64,000 bases of DNA from the NCBI GenBank assembly GCA_964188305.1, contig OZ076900.1. One strand, given 5' to 3'. Both the position numbers and the translations under genes were made by a program. Shown here piece by piece: positions 52,078-64,000 of this stretch (the stretch's first letter is position 1; every line of letters starts with the position of its first letter). This DNA comes from Podarcis bocagei. Its lineage: Eukaryota. The notes under the pieces are model-generated. The model ran no database searches, was not told the DNA's origin, and was given only the letters and a program-made list of their open reading frames with translations.

Positions 52078-52691
52078 CTTTAATGTATGTCTGTAGTTTC
52101 TCTTTCCCTCCCTCCCTCTCCCTCTCTCTCTGTGGGAGATACCACTTTCAAATTCTCTGCTACATACTCAGTCCATAATACTATTCCTTTTATTTTATAG
52201 TCCTTTTAGGCTGCTGAACATATAAAGATTCAGAATGGTGTCCCACAAAATATTAACCCAATGAAGATAATCAATCCATAAACTGAAGTTTGAGACAGAC
52301 TAAAACAACAGTGACAGATAAAATGTGGCTGAGAGGCTAACCAAGGACAGTTTGGTGGTGCTGGGGAAAAGTGTTTTTAACATGCATCAAATATGGGATA
52401 GCTGAGTTGGTAGAGCATGTTATGTACTGAAGTTCTCACCCTGGGCCAGCAGGGGGATACTGTAGATAGTTATGCAAATGAAGGATCGAAAGTGACGTTC
52501 AGTGATTGGATAGTTTGTATGCAAATGAAGGATCAAAAGTGATGTTCAGTGATTGGATAGTTTTAGAAAGTCGCTACAGTTACGTTGTTCTGGAGCTCTA
52601 TATAAGCAGGCTGACTGAGCTCTTCAGTTCAGTTCTGTTCTGGCCTCTGAATAAAGAAGAGCTGTTTGAAGAATCGCTGTGTCATCTGATA

Positions 52692-53854
52692 CAGTGGTAC
52701 CTCTCAAGACGAATGCCTCGCAAGACAAAAAACTCACTAGACGAAAGGTTTTTCCGTTTTCGAGTTGCCTCGCAAGACGAATTTCCCTATGGGCTTGCTT
52801 CGCAAGACGAAAACGTCTTGCAAGATTGTTTCCTTTTTCTTAACACTGTTAATACAGTTGCGACTTGACTTCGAGGAGCAACTCATAGAACGCAGTGTAC
52901 ATAGTAGCCTTTTTTGAGGTTTTTAAAGACTTTGGTGATTTTTGAAGCTTTTCCAGAACTTCTTTTGCAGCCATTTGGTAAGTTAAGTTTTTAAAACTTT
53001 TTTGGGGGGGTTTGGATTTTGGGTTGGGGTGTTTGGAATTCAAGGACTTGGTGTTGGGGAGGGGTTTGCAAGAATCTGGAAGCTTGTGTGTTTTTTTCTG
53101 CATTTTTATGATTTTCTGTGACCATTGGGCCACTCTGCTCTTTTTTTAAAAAAATATCTGGATTTGAATTTCTGTGTGCTGGGTGGCTGGGGGAACAGTT
53201 GGGGAGGGGTTTGCAAGAATCTGGAAGCTTGTGTGTTTTTTTCTGCATTTTTATGATTTTCTGTGACCATTGGGCCACTCTGCTCTTTTTTAAAAAAAAA
53301 TCTGGATTTGAATTTCTGTGTGCTGGGTGGCTGGGGGAACAGTTGGGGAGGGGTTTGCAAGAATCTGGAAGCTTGTGTGTTTTTTTCTGCATTTTTATGA
53401 TTTTCTGTGACCATTGGGCCACTCTGCTCTTTTTTTAAAAAAATTCTGGATTTGAATTTCTGTGTGGTGGGTGGCTGGGGGAACAGTTGAGGAGGGGGTT
53501 CTTCAGCAAGAAGCAAAGAGTGGAAGAGGAGCCTTCTTCGAGTGGTCCCCCAGAGTCTTAGAAAATGTACTGTACACTTTGTTGATTTTTAAATGTTTTT
53601 CTGTCATGTTTATAAAGTTAATTTATTTTCCCTTCAATTTTTGAACTGCTCTTTACAGTATGTGTGACTTTAAAGAGCAGTTAATAAACTGTTGTTGTAC
53701 CAAATTTGGCTTTGTTTGGACTTTTTTTGACCATAGGAACACATTAATTGATTTTCAATGCATTCCTATGGGATTTCGTGATTCGCAAGACGAAAAATTC
53801 GCTAGACGACAAAACTTGCGGAACGAATTAATTTCGTCTTGCGGGGCACCACTG
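52692..53854. mobile_element. Tc1/mariner-superfamily (Tigger/pogo-like) non-autonomous element, 1163 bp
   Basis: TA TSD (52690-52691, 53855-53856). TIRs CAGTGGTACCTCTCAAGACGAA / CAGTGGTGCCCCGCAAGACGAA, with repeated subterminal GCAAGACGAA motifs. Confidence 0.9.
53056..53500. repeat. Tandem repeat of about 144-145 bp, 3 near-identical copies, inside the MITE
   Basis: Units begin GGGGAGGGGTTTGCAAGAATCTGG at about 53057, 53201 and 53345. Confidence 0.93.
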
Positions 53855-55336
53855 TATGTTCACCCACAACTTAACAGAGCACGAGACTCTTAATATTAGG
53901 GCCATGGGACCAAGCCCCACATTGGGCAAAGATTCCTACACTCAGGGGGTTGGACTAGAGGATCCTAGCGGTCCCTTCCAACTCTACAATTCTATGCTTT
54001 ACCAACCCATTCTGTTATATATGCAGACCATGCCTAGCTTTTGAGGTGCTTTCCTTTTTCCTTTCTCTCTCTGTTGAGAAGTGAAAGAATCATGTTTACA
54101 AGTTCATTCAACAGAAGTGTGGCTCTAGGAGTTAGAGCAATAGGGCCTCAAGCTTTGCTTGCTCAGAATATTCCCAAAGCAAACCATCCATCTTTTAACT
54201 CCCAATTTTCTTTCCCAACATCTTTTAATCTATGTTGCATGTCAGTATTTTTTCACCAATTATATGATCCATGTTACCTTCTTCAGCACCTAATAGTCTC
54301 TGAGAAGAGGCAGAAGCAGCACCTATGTGTCAGGCCTTTCTTTCAGCCTGCTTATGGGATCTGCTCTATCCTTTTTTCCTCAATCTCTTGATTTTACAGG
54401 TGGGACATGTCACCATGGCAGGTGAGCTACATTTCAACTCTTCAGTGCAGAGCTAGCTTGTAGAATTTGGTTTGCTTCTAACCAGTAGACAGATGCACAT
54501 TGCAAATTTAGTACACCAGCCTATACATACTTGTATGATAGTAAGCCCCAGCGAAAGCAATGGTATTTTCTTCAGGGCAGGCATAGTAAGAATCATGCTA
54601 TGGCATGGTTTTATATCCATTTAAATATCACAACTTCTCAAAGTGAACCCTGTAGGGTGGTGAAAGTAATGCAAGAAGTCCCTGGCCCCCAGATTAGGAG
54701 AGAAGGATAGGCAAATGTAGGCAGAGGGGGATTTTTTTGGTTTTAAAAGGGAGAGAGAGATGCTAGTACACATCTCTTGATAAAAGTGCCATAAGATAGC
54801 TACTGTGGGTAGCAAAAAAAGAGGTGATGGTCTCCTGGACTAGTAAGTACCATTAAAAACAAACTCACTGAACATATATATATCAATAATCTAGTTTAAT
54901 GCATTTCCCCAATATATGCTTTAATTACTTTTTTCCAATGCTCCCATATCTCAGTTATTCTTTTTTGCCTGTTGTGTGCTGGTTCTTTGAGGCATCAGAT
55001 GCCTTACAGTCCATAAACAAACAAGAAAGCTAATAGGAAGTGAAAAAATATTAAAGTGGACCATGGGATCCTTGGGATAACCAATCAACACAATAATTTG
55101 AGTCGTGTAAGCCATGGATGGTACGCCTGTAACTCTCCTGCTGTAGCTGGATTTAAACACCCATCAGCCCCAGCCACCAAGGTCAGGGATGATATTAGTG
55201 GTACAACAATGGCTGGAGGGCCATGAGTTACCCATTCCTAGCATAACCCATGTTTTCTGACAAATCAAACACTTAAACCTGGGGAAATGCTTTAGGAAAC
55301 AAAAGGCCCACAGCTTTGGAATATATATATATATGG

Positions 55337-55338
<2 letters not shown>

Positions 55339-55382
<44 letters not shown>
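55339..55382. repeat. (AC)n microsatellite
   Basis: Seen directly. Confidence 0.97.
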
Positions 55383-55383
<1 letters not shown>

Positions 55384-56589
55384 CCAGATTAGGTATGTGT
55401 AAACTCATTCACCACCTGATTCAGAAATACTGAGCTTTTCTCAACATTTCCTAAGAGGTTTGTCTGAACAGTAACCCCCATATTCACCTAGAAATTTCAT
55501 GTTAGGTGGAATTTGGGTACAAGTTGAAGACTTTATTTATTTATTTTATTTTATTTTGCTGTAGGTGATATGGCAGCTTCTACAGCTAAATGGGGTATGT
55601 TTCTGGACTGCCACAGGGAACCTTTCCCAGAGCTTCATCACACAGCAAAAGTAATTATGTATCAGGGAAGATGTTCAACGGGAGGAATTTTTTGCACATG
55701 GCCTCCCTCTCTTTCCTTGTTTTGTCTCCCTCCCACACATGGCTACTGTTGCCATTGACTATAATTGAAAGCTACTGCTTGCCTGTAGGATAACTCTGCC
55801 TTTGATGACCATATTTCCATACCATCCAGAATTTCACAGATGGAAATAGGTTATCCATGTGTCCTGCTTTGCAGCAGACAGTCCCCCTGTTTGAAGGGCT
55901 GCCAGGGTGGCCATCCTCTGTTTCAAGGTGTCCATTATTTGAAGTGCTATCTGGCCCAAGTTTGGTGTAAAGATGAAGGACCATGAGAATTTAGCATGGC
56001 ATCTAGGGCACAGGGCATCTGTACCCAACTGCATGTTGCTGGTTCCTGCCTGTACTGCTATTGTCTTTGAGAAAGCCAGAACTGTCCAGAGGAAAGCACT
56101 ATGCTGAGAGCACCTTCAGCCCCAGAGCTGTTCTTTAGTTGGAACCCAGCAGTGAATTAGAGGAGCTGGACCAGGTTCTTGGCAGTCTTAGCCTAATGCT
56201 GGTGTTTAGGGCTACACTGAACCTGAGACAGACAGGCAGGATTCCATAGCACCAGGGCTTGTAGAACCAGAGCTGGGATGTTCACAAGCCTTGATGAACC
56301 GAGTGCCTCCCTCCCACACTACTTTGCCATTTCAACAATGCAGGGAGTGCATAGGTGAGAGGCCATGAACAAAGGAGAAAGGCATATTTTTGGGCCAGAG
56401 GGATGGTCCTTTAAGAGGCTGCAGTTTTCCAACAAAGGGGGTGTTGGGAGGGCATATGACAGGCGGAGTGGAGCTTCAGGCTCAAAAGGTTCCAGTTCAC
56501 TTCCAACCCCTTTCAGAGCAAGGTGCTCACTGGGAGCTGCCCTTAGTGCTGCAGCAACTGACTTTACTTGCTCCACCATGCCTGGTGGG

Positions 56590-57007
56590 TAAAGGTAAGT
56601 TACCCCTATCTGTTAGGTCCAGTCATGGAAGACTCTGGGGTTGTGCGCTCATCTCGCTCTATAGGCCAAGGGAGCCAGCGTTTGTCCACAGACAGCTTCT
56701 GGGTCATGTGGCCAGCATGACTAAGCCCCTTCTGGCGAACCAGAGCAGTGCACAGAAACACTGTTTACCTTCCTGCTGGAGCGGTACCTATTTATCTGCT
56801 TGCACTTCATGTGCTTTTCAAACTGCTAGCTGGGACTGAACAATGGGAGCTCACTCCATTGCAGGGATTCGAACCACTGACCTTATGATCGGCAAGCCCT
56901 AGGCTCTGTGGTTTAGACCACAGCGCCACCCGCACCCCCGATTAAAAGGTAAAGGTAAAGGTACCCCTGACTGTTAAGTCCAGTTGCAGATGACTCTGGG
57001 GTTGCAG
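56590..57007 (-). mobile_element. Full Sauria SINE (56590-56938) abutting a second 3'-terminal Sauria fragment (56944-57007)
   Basis: Two (ACCTTT) tails; body as in the other copies. Confidence 0.85.
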
Positions 57008-58393
57008 TTACTCATTGGGATTAGAACAGAATAGGACCAGTCCAGTACCATACTCTGTGTATATAGGAGAATGGAGAAAGGAGGGAGCTTCACAACTGCC
57101 TTAACAACTACCTTCAACTGCAGAAATTATGGGGAGGTGAAGAAATGTTGAATGCATTCTCCCTCGAAAGGCAAAGTGGCTTCAAGTCTGCTAAAACATT
57201 CTTTTGTGATCCTCAAGAATGAAATGGAGTAACACACATGAAGCTTTGTGTGTGAGACAATGAGCAGGAGGGGCAAAGGCTCATAGAAAGCGGGGAGTAG
57301 GGGGCAGAAAATTCTGGTATATATACAGACACATACAGTTTTCCCATTTCTATTTTTTAATTCTATGAGAGGTTTCTGAGTAAGACAATGACCATCCCTT
57401 TCCTTTTGATTCTCTTAAAACTATCTATTGCTAGCAAGGAAGGCTGATTCTATTGCATCTTCCAGCTTATTTTTTCTTTTTCTTTTCTTTTTAAAAAGTA
57501 CTAACCAAAGAGCCTTTCATCTAATCAGAAATATGTCGCTTCTCTATGGTTATTTCCCCATAAAGCAGAGGAGAGACAATTAACTGAACTTTATGCTAAT
57601 GCCTGTGGTTTGATTAGCTACAACCTGATTAATTCCAAAGGAGACCAGGTTATTTTTGCAGATTGTGTGATAGTAGCACTGATAATAACAGAGATGAAAG
57701 GGAATTAAAGAGGGAGCAAATTGTCCAAAGAAGAAGAGAGTGTTAATCTGGCTACGGGTGCAATTGTAGCACTCGGTACTAGGATACTATGTGTCCTGCC
57801 TTACAGAAGACAGTCCTCTATTTGAATAAATCCTCTGTTAGAAGGGCTGCATGGTTCAAGTGCAGCTGAAAGATAAATAACATAAAAAAGGGAGAGCAGG
57901 GATTTCAAATTTGCCCCTCAAGAGTTAGCACATGGACAGCAGACTGAGCAGATGCACATGTCACCTGGTCACAGTCAGACACACTATGGTGAGTTGCAAT
58001 GTGTTTCTGTTAAATTCTAGGGATAACTTGCCAATTTGCATGCATGCACATATATTAGCATATGCAAATTTTATGCTAACCTGTACCCTCTGTTTGTGGT
58101 GGTGCTCTTCCTCTTTTGTGGGAGATGGACAAGTAGACACATTGTTTCATTCACTGAATGTTGTGATGCTGTTCCCAGATGGGAAAACATAGCTAGATAT
58201 GTAAAAATAAGTATATTAATGTGTCTTTTAGCTCAATGTACACACATTTAGAAATGCATACAGTGTGAAAAAATATGTATTTAAAAATACAGTTTGTGAT
58301 AAAATACATATTTGAATAACACTCTCATACTTCTTTTAGAAATGCAGACCAATGCAGAAATGGATTAGAGGAAGCCTATGTATGAACACATGC

Positions 58394-58540
58394 NNNNNNN
58401 NNNNNNNNNNNNNNNNNNNNNNNNNNNNNNNNNNNNNNNNNNNNNNNNNNNNNNNNNNNNNNNNNNNNNNNNNNNNNNNNNNNNNNNNNNNNNNNNNNNN
58501 NNNNNNNNNNNNNNNNNNNNNNNNNNNNNNNNNNNNNNNN
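58394..58540. other. Assembly gap (147 N)
   Basis: Run of N. Confidence 0.99.
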
Positions 58541-60132
58541 TGAAGCCTCTTGAAGTGATTTCATACAACAAGAAAAATATAAAAGCAGTTAAAATGATTG
58601 CAGGCATAAAAACAATTACATATACAAAGACAGTTAAAACAATTACATATATAAACACAATTTTAAAATCCAGTATACATATCAACAGATAGAACAAGAA
58701 CATCTCCAATTGTTGAAAGTGGAAAGTTGTCAGTGGGAGCCACAAAGAGAATAGAGTCAGTACCTGTCTGATGTGTAATATGAGGGACTGATCCATCCAT
58801 TCCTAAGTCTTTGTGGCTTACTAAATGAGTCCAAAGCACATAAATTTGGAGGTTCCTCATTTTAGCCCTGGCAGCTTCTAACAGATACACACAGGTTCCA
58901 CTGTCACCCTTGAAATCCTGTCTGTATGTCCTAATCTGATTGTATCATGATGTTATCCTTTTCCTCATACTGTCCCTGATTGGCCAGGAGAAGGAGAAAT
59001 TAAGCAGTAGAATCATAGAAGGGAAATATCCAGCATACCCTTGGAGGACGCCAAGCTTTCTCCTTGCCTAGACCTACTGCTTAGACTTTTTATCCTCCTT
59101 ACTGGCCACTGACAAACTGTTTCCTTTAAATCTCCCCAACTGATGTGGTCTAGTAGCCACCAGCCATTAAGGCCTTAAGAAAGCATCAACACACAAACCC
59201 AAGAAAATCATTTTCTGTTCAGCTGAAGATTTCCTGATTCTTTGCTAGTACACTATGGAAAATTGTGCAATGTAATCCTATATGTGTTTCCCTGAAAAGA
59301 AATTCCCACTGTGTTCATTGGAGTCTATTCCTTAGTAAGTATGCTTAGAATTGCAGCCTGGGATCTGTTTGATCTCAGAAAACTCACACATGTATATTTG
59401 GCTGCAGGCTTAACAGCTGTGTGACATTGTATCTGGGAAACTACCACATAGTTCATCATTTATAGAGTAGGTTGAATGCAGGTGGGTGGGTTGGAAGTTT
59501 TGGGATTTGGGGTAGTCCAAGCATGAAAAGTGCACCAGTGAAATTAACTAGAAATGTTTGAGTTAAATTGTTTTAAAGTGCCAACAATAGGATAAGTGGT
59601 GAAAAGCCAATTAGGATTTTAATTAGAGCTGCTATAGTCAAATATATTATCTAATTAACTGTGGTATTAATTTTAACCTGTCTCTCATGTAATTGGCATT
59701 TTATGGAGACTAATTTGAAAACCTGTTATATTTATTTTTCTAAAAGAAGATGGTGTCCCTTTCTATCACTTTTAACATGCAAGTCAATAGGAAAACACAA
59801 TCTTTTGAATGAATACATCAGTTGCTTTGTGGAAACAAGGATGTGGACTGAATTTAGAGGTGCTTTCCCCTTCAACACAAGGGCTGTTTAAATTTCTGCA
59901 TCTGAGTGTTATATGAGGAAAGTGAAACTAAATCCCAAGAGGTAGTTCTGCATCTTCAACTTCTTGCACAAGGGCAGGTAAGAACAGGTTATCTCCAGGA
60001 ACATTTTACACTTTACCATCTTATGTCCAGGACCTGACTTTTAGAATGTGCTTCAGATGAACATAGGAGGATAAGAAGGTGTCTAATACTGAGTCAGACC
60101 AATGGTCCATCTTAGCCCACTATTGTCTACAG

Positions 60133-60464
60133 CAGGGGTCTGCAACCTTTAAGACAAAAAGAGCCACCTGGACCCATTTTCGAAGAGAAAAAAAACTGGG
60201 AGCCGCAAAACCATTGCAACATTTAAAACAAATATATCTCCGGAGCCGCGATCTGACAGCAGGTGGGAAGGTGACGTCGGGACGGTGCGTGACTAACGCA
60301 CGCACCACCCCCATGCAACATCACAGCCAGTACAGCGCCCGCCACAGTGGGGAGTGTCGGGGCGCACAATGTGCCTCCTCCCCTCGCTAGTATCCGCCCC
60401 GGAGCCGCAGCAAAGGTGTAAAAGAGCCACATGCGGCTCCGGAGCCGCGGGTTGCAGACCCCTG
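60133..60464. mobile_element. Young hAT (Charlie-like) MITE inserted in a SINE
   Basis: Perfect 15-bp TIR CAGGGGTCTGCAACC and perfect 8-bp TSD GTCTACAG (60125-60132, 60465-60472). CpGs are retained. Confidence 0.92.
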
Positions 60465-60559
60465 GTCTACAGTAATTGACAGTAGCTCTACAAGGTTTCA
60501 GAGAGAGAGCTTTCCTAGACCTACCTGGAGATGTCAAGGATTGAACCTGGCTTACTAGC

Positions 60560-61365
60560 AGTACATGTGAAAAAGATCTAGGGGTCTTGGTGGACCACAA
60601 GCTTAACATGAGTAAACAGAATAGCCAACACTATTCTAGGCTGCATCAACAGAGGTATAGTGTCCCGATCAAGAGAAATAATAGTATTACTCTATTCTGT
60701 CTTGGTCAGACCACACCAATTCTGGGCACCACAAATTAAGAAGGATGTTGACAAGCTGGAATGTGTGCAGAGGAGGGCAACAAAGATGATCAACCATCTA
60801 ACCCAGGGGTCAGCAAACTTACCACATCTCGGGCCGGTGTCTCCAGCACTGATTGCGCGGCGGGCCGGAAGGCAGGGGAGCATGTGCCCATACTTGTGCG
60901 CACACGCTATTTCTGGTGCACTTTGGGTTGGAGGAGCACTGGAAATAGCTTGTGTGCATGTGCACGGGCCTCTTCCAACCCAGATGTGCACCGGAAATAA
61001 TGCTTGCGCATGCACAAATAACGCTTGCACATGCGCAAATAACACTTGCACATGTGCACAAGCTATTATCGGTGCTCCTCCAACCCAGAAGTGGGCAGCC
61101 ACGCAGTGCCGGTAAGAGCTCTGGAGGGTAGGACTCGAACCATTGGCTTCAAGTTACAAGAAAGGAGATTCCAACTAAACATCGGGAGAACTTTCTGACA
61201 GTAAGAGCTGTTCCGCAGTTGAACAGTCTCCCTTGGGAGGTTGCGGGCTCTCATTCGTTGGAGGTTTTTAAGCAGAGGTTGGATGGCCACCTGTCATGGA
61301 TGCTTTAGCTGATGTTCTTGCATTACAGGGGGTTGAACTAGATGACCTTTGGGGTCCCTTTCAAC
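60560..61365 (+). mobile_element. CR1 LINE 3' fragment, interrupted by a one-ended hAT MITE (60804 to about 61115)
   Basis: [43 protein letters not shown] plus a CR1 3' UTR. The insert starts CAGGGGTCAGCAAACTT and has three 21-bp repeats at 60995-61057. Confidence 0.85.
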
Positions 61366-64000
61366 AGACCATTGGTCCATCCAGCTCTGTCCTACACTGA
61401 CTTTTTAATTTTTTTGGAAATGTTGGGAATTGGGAAAGTCAGTGGATAACTATGTTCTGATCAGCCTAATAGTTGAGGAGGTGTTTATTGGATTAATTCA
61501 TATCAAAATTTATAAAGATTGAATTCCTCAAACATCTTTACTTTATTCCAACAATCTGTTTAGGCAAAATCTGGAATGCTATTTAATTCATTTCCAGTGA
61601 GGGACTTTGAACAAATGTCTACATCACTTAACAGGTTATCTCCAGGAAAGCTTTAGCTGACGACTTGCTGTTTATTATATGAACTGATACTTTTCATAAG
61701 CATTATATTTTTGATGTGCCATGGAAGCCCCATAAGTTGTGCTTCATTTATGCTAGATTTTTTTAGACCAGCAACAGGCTTTTTCACATAAATATGTTCA
61801 TTTCCAATAAATTCTTAAAATTAGAATTAATGAATAGCACAATGCATACAAAATCAGGCTGGACAGTTTCAAAGTCATAATTAACCTCTTTCAGCTGACA
61901 ACCCCTATGAAGCATGCATGCTTATGATATACAGCCTTTAAATCTTAAGGGACATGCATGATATTGAACTGTTGTATCTTAAAATATTGGCAAGTATTCC
62001 AATAAAAACAAATTCCAAGCAAAGCTTTGACTCTGAATACAACATTTAAACTACCATACCTTATCTGTTTCTCTAAATCACCTATGGAAAACCTATGCTG
62101 GAGATATATGCATTTACAGTGAATTCTAGCTGGTGACATGAGGGATATTTAGGAAGCAATCCTATACACAATAAGCTGGTGTAGAGCAAGTCAGTGTACG
62201 TTAAGCCCCCATATAGTTACACCAGATGCAAAGCTCGTTCCGCAGCATGCGGCTGCTGCTCTGCCTAAGTCTGCAGAGAGAAAACAAGGCTTTGAAACAC
62301 CGTTCTATGCCGGGTTGCACATGACCAAGCTGAACAGAGTTAGGATCCAGCCTAAGCCCTTCTTCTCTGGTTCAGGCACACCATGCCTCCAGAATGCCCC
62401 TTTTGGGGGATTCACACAAGCCCTGGCTGAGCTGGAATGTGATACAGGGCAATTTTTTTCCAGCTGAGCAGGAGTTAGGGACTTAACACTAGCTGAGCCT
62501 GGCAGATATGGAAATCAGTTGGCTGGGCATCTTCTGCATCCCAAGCTTCTCATCTTGGTGGATCTTGTCCCCTTAGCTGGTTCCTCCCCCTGCCCCCCCC
62601 CCCGTACACCTCTACCTAGCTCTGGCCAAAGTAGGGAATTGCCAGGGGCAGAAATCAGCCACATCAGAACAGGACCACAGAGGCTCAGCTGTTACAGCTT
62701 GACACTTACAAAGGCTACTGCACCAGGCTTGTTTCCTAACTCTTTCTGGATACTAAACACCATCTTACCTGCACCAGAACGGCATTGGACAGTCAGCCAT
62801 TGATGCTGTGTTGGCCATTTAGGTACAATGGGGTAAATTAAGGATACTGCCCAGCTTAACTTTGAAATTCTTTCCTTTTGTGTTGTTCAGGCAGTTCTTC
62901 CCTGCATTACTTTGATGTACTGTAGTTATTTGCTGTTTAATCTTGTATAATAATTAACTCCAATTGATCCACTGCAGTGCTTTAGGAAAGTGCCTGGACC
63001 TATTAAATTGAACAAAGAATACACCAACACTATCTTTGTTCCAAGCATAATCATGCGACTGAAGGAGAGAGCAGATTAATCTAATGGCATCGCTAGATGG
63101 GACTCTTTGGTGCTGTAAATTTAGGAGTGCTGTTGTAAGGTTTTAAAATATTAAAAAAGCACTATTGTAGAATCTCCCGATTAGCAAGTGCACATTTCCA
63201 TTGTTCTCTGGAGCAGGTGGGGGTGGGGAGTCCACTGCTTCTTTGGCAGATGGGAGGAATAAAGGCAAGAACAGTATGGAATTAAACTCTACAGTCCTTA
63301 AACAGGCCTAACTCCTCTATTCCTGGAATGCAGTTTCAGGTAAAAGAAACGAGAAATAATGCTTGTTCTGATACTGCTCTTGTACTTGCCAAGTGTTGAA
63401 AATCCAAAGAGATGCAGAATTAGAAAGTTCTCTGTATTGCCAGATGCAGTGGGAGGGAGACTGCAGGTTTACTGCAGTGTCTGGTGAGCTTCAGAACCAG
63501 ACCAAGTGCGTCCACTAAGCCATTTGCATGTGCTCTTCTCTGGAATTCGAGCACTCCAAGGAAATTGTTTTTAAGCCCTCTGATGCTGAAGCAGCCTTTA
63601 GCAGAGGTGAGGAACCTCTGACCCTACAGATGTTGTTAGACTTCAACCAGCATGGTCAATGGGCAAGAATGACGAGAGTTGTAGTCCAACAACATTTAGA
63701 GGGCCACAGGTTCCTCATCTCTCTCTTAAAAAAATAGTAAGCTAAGCCCTTCAAAGAAAGGAAACGCAGATGACTCCAGTGTAAAGGATGACACATATGA
63801 CCCCAATTTAGTTCAAGGTGTGACCCATTGTGGCTTACAACCCACCTGCTGAGAACTAGTAATTTAAAGAACACTGGCTGGACTGGCAAAGATCCACCAA
63901 TATTCCATTGCCAGAAATGGGCAGTGGGATGCTTTTAGGCCTATGGGTATATCTCCAGATGTTGTTGGATACAACTTCCATCAGCCCTAGTCACCATGTT

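Larger units (their letters stand above)
52418..53876 (+). mobile_element. Solo LTR (about 294 bp net; Gypsy-like), interrupted by a MITE
   Basis: TGTTA...TAACA termini, 5-bp TSD GAGCA (52413-52417, 53877-53881), TATATAA at 52599 and AATAAA at 52650. Confidence 0.87.
52393..53996 (+). mobile_element. tRNA-Lys(CTT)-derived SINE with a CR1-type tail, split by an LTR insertion
   Basis: Joining 52393-52417 to 53882 onward gives GGATAGCTGAGTTGGTAGAGCA-CGAGACTCTTAAT..TAGGG..ATGGG..CAAGCCCCACATTGGGC (tRNA-Lys-CTT-like), then a CR1-type GGGGGTTGGACTAGA...GGTCCCTTCCAACTCTACAATTCTATG. Confidence 0.8.

Noticed and set aside
52849-53516. ORFs with a repeated 48-aa unit; CRISPR-like periodicity
   Set aside because: Translation of a 144-bp tandem repeat inside a MITE; there are no unique spacers and the DNA is vertebrate.
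52393-53930. Functional or intron-containing tRNA-Lys gene
   Set aside because: B box is degenerate, the interruption is an LTR with a TSD, and a CR1-type tail follows; it is a SINE.

Overview
Vertebrate genomic DNA from a squamate, most likely a lacertid lizard, judged from its Sauria-SINE and Squam-type SINE content. The only host gene I can support is the 5' end of GRIA3 (AMPA receptor GluA3) on the minus strand: a CpG-island promoter at about 45.75-46.46 kb, coding exon 1 (45656-45746) and exon 2 (42832-42990). Positions 1-42831 are part of a very long intron 2; exon 3 is not in the window. The rest is intronic or upstream DNA rich in L2, CR1 and L1 fragments, several SINE families, hAT and Tc1/mariner MITEs, a solo LTR, microsatellites and two assembly gaps. 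Main observations: (1) three separate Sauria-SINE insertions carry foreign DNA inside a single target-site duplication (TSD), and one passenger is a near-identical copy of a segment 30.7 kb away in this window, which suggests reverse-transcriptase template jumping; (2) a 2.1-kb TSD-flanked non-autonomous L1 derivative with its own ORF; (3) a short uORF in the GRIA3 leader that appears conserved with mammals; (4) a SINE>LTR>MITE>tandem-repeat nest carrying duplicated octamer/CCAAT motifs upstream of GRIA3; (5) a possible fossil DIRS/Ngaro element. Repeat family names and comparisons with mammalian GRIA3 come from recognition and recall, not from database searches. Boundaries of old repeats are approximate.
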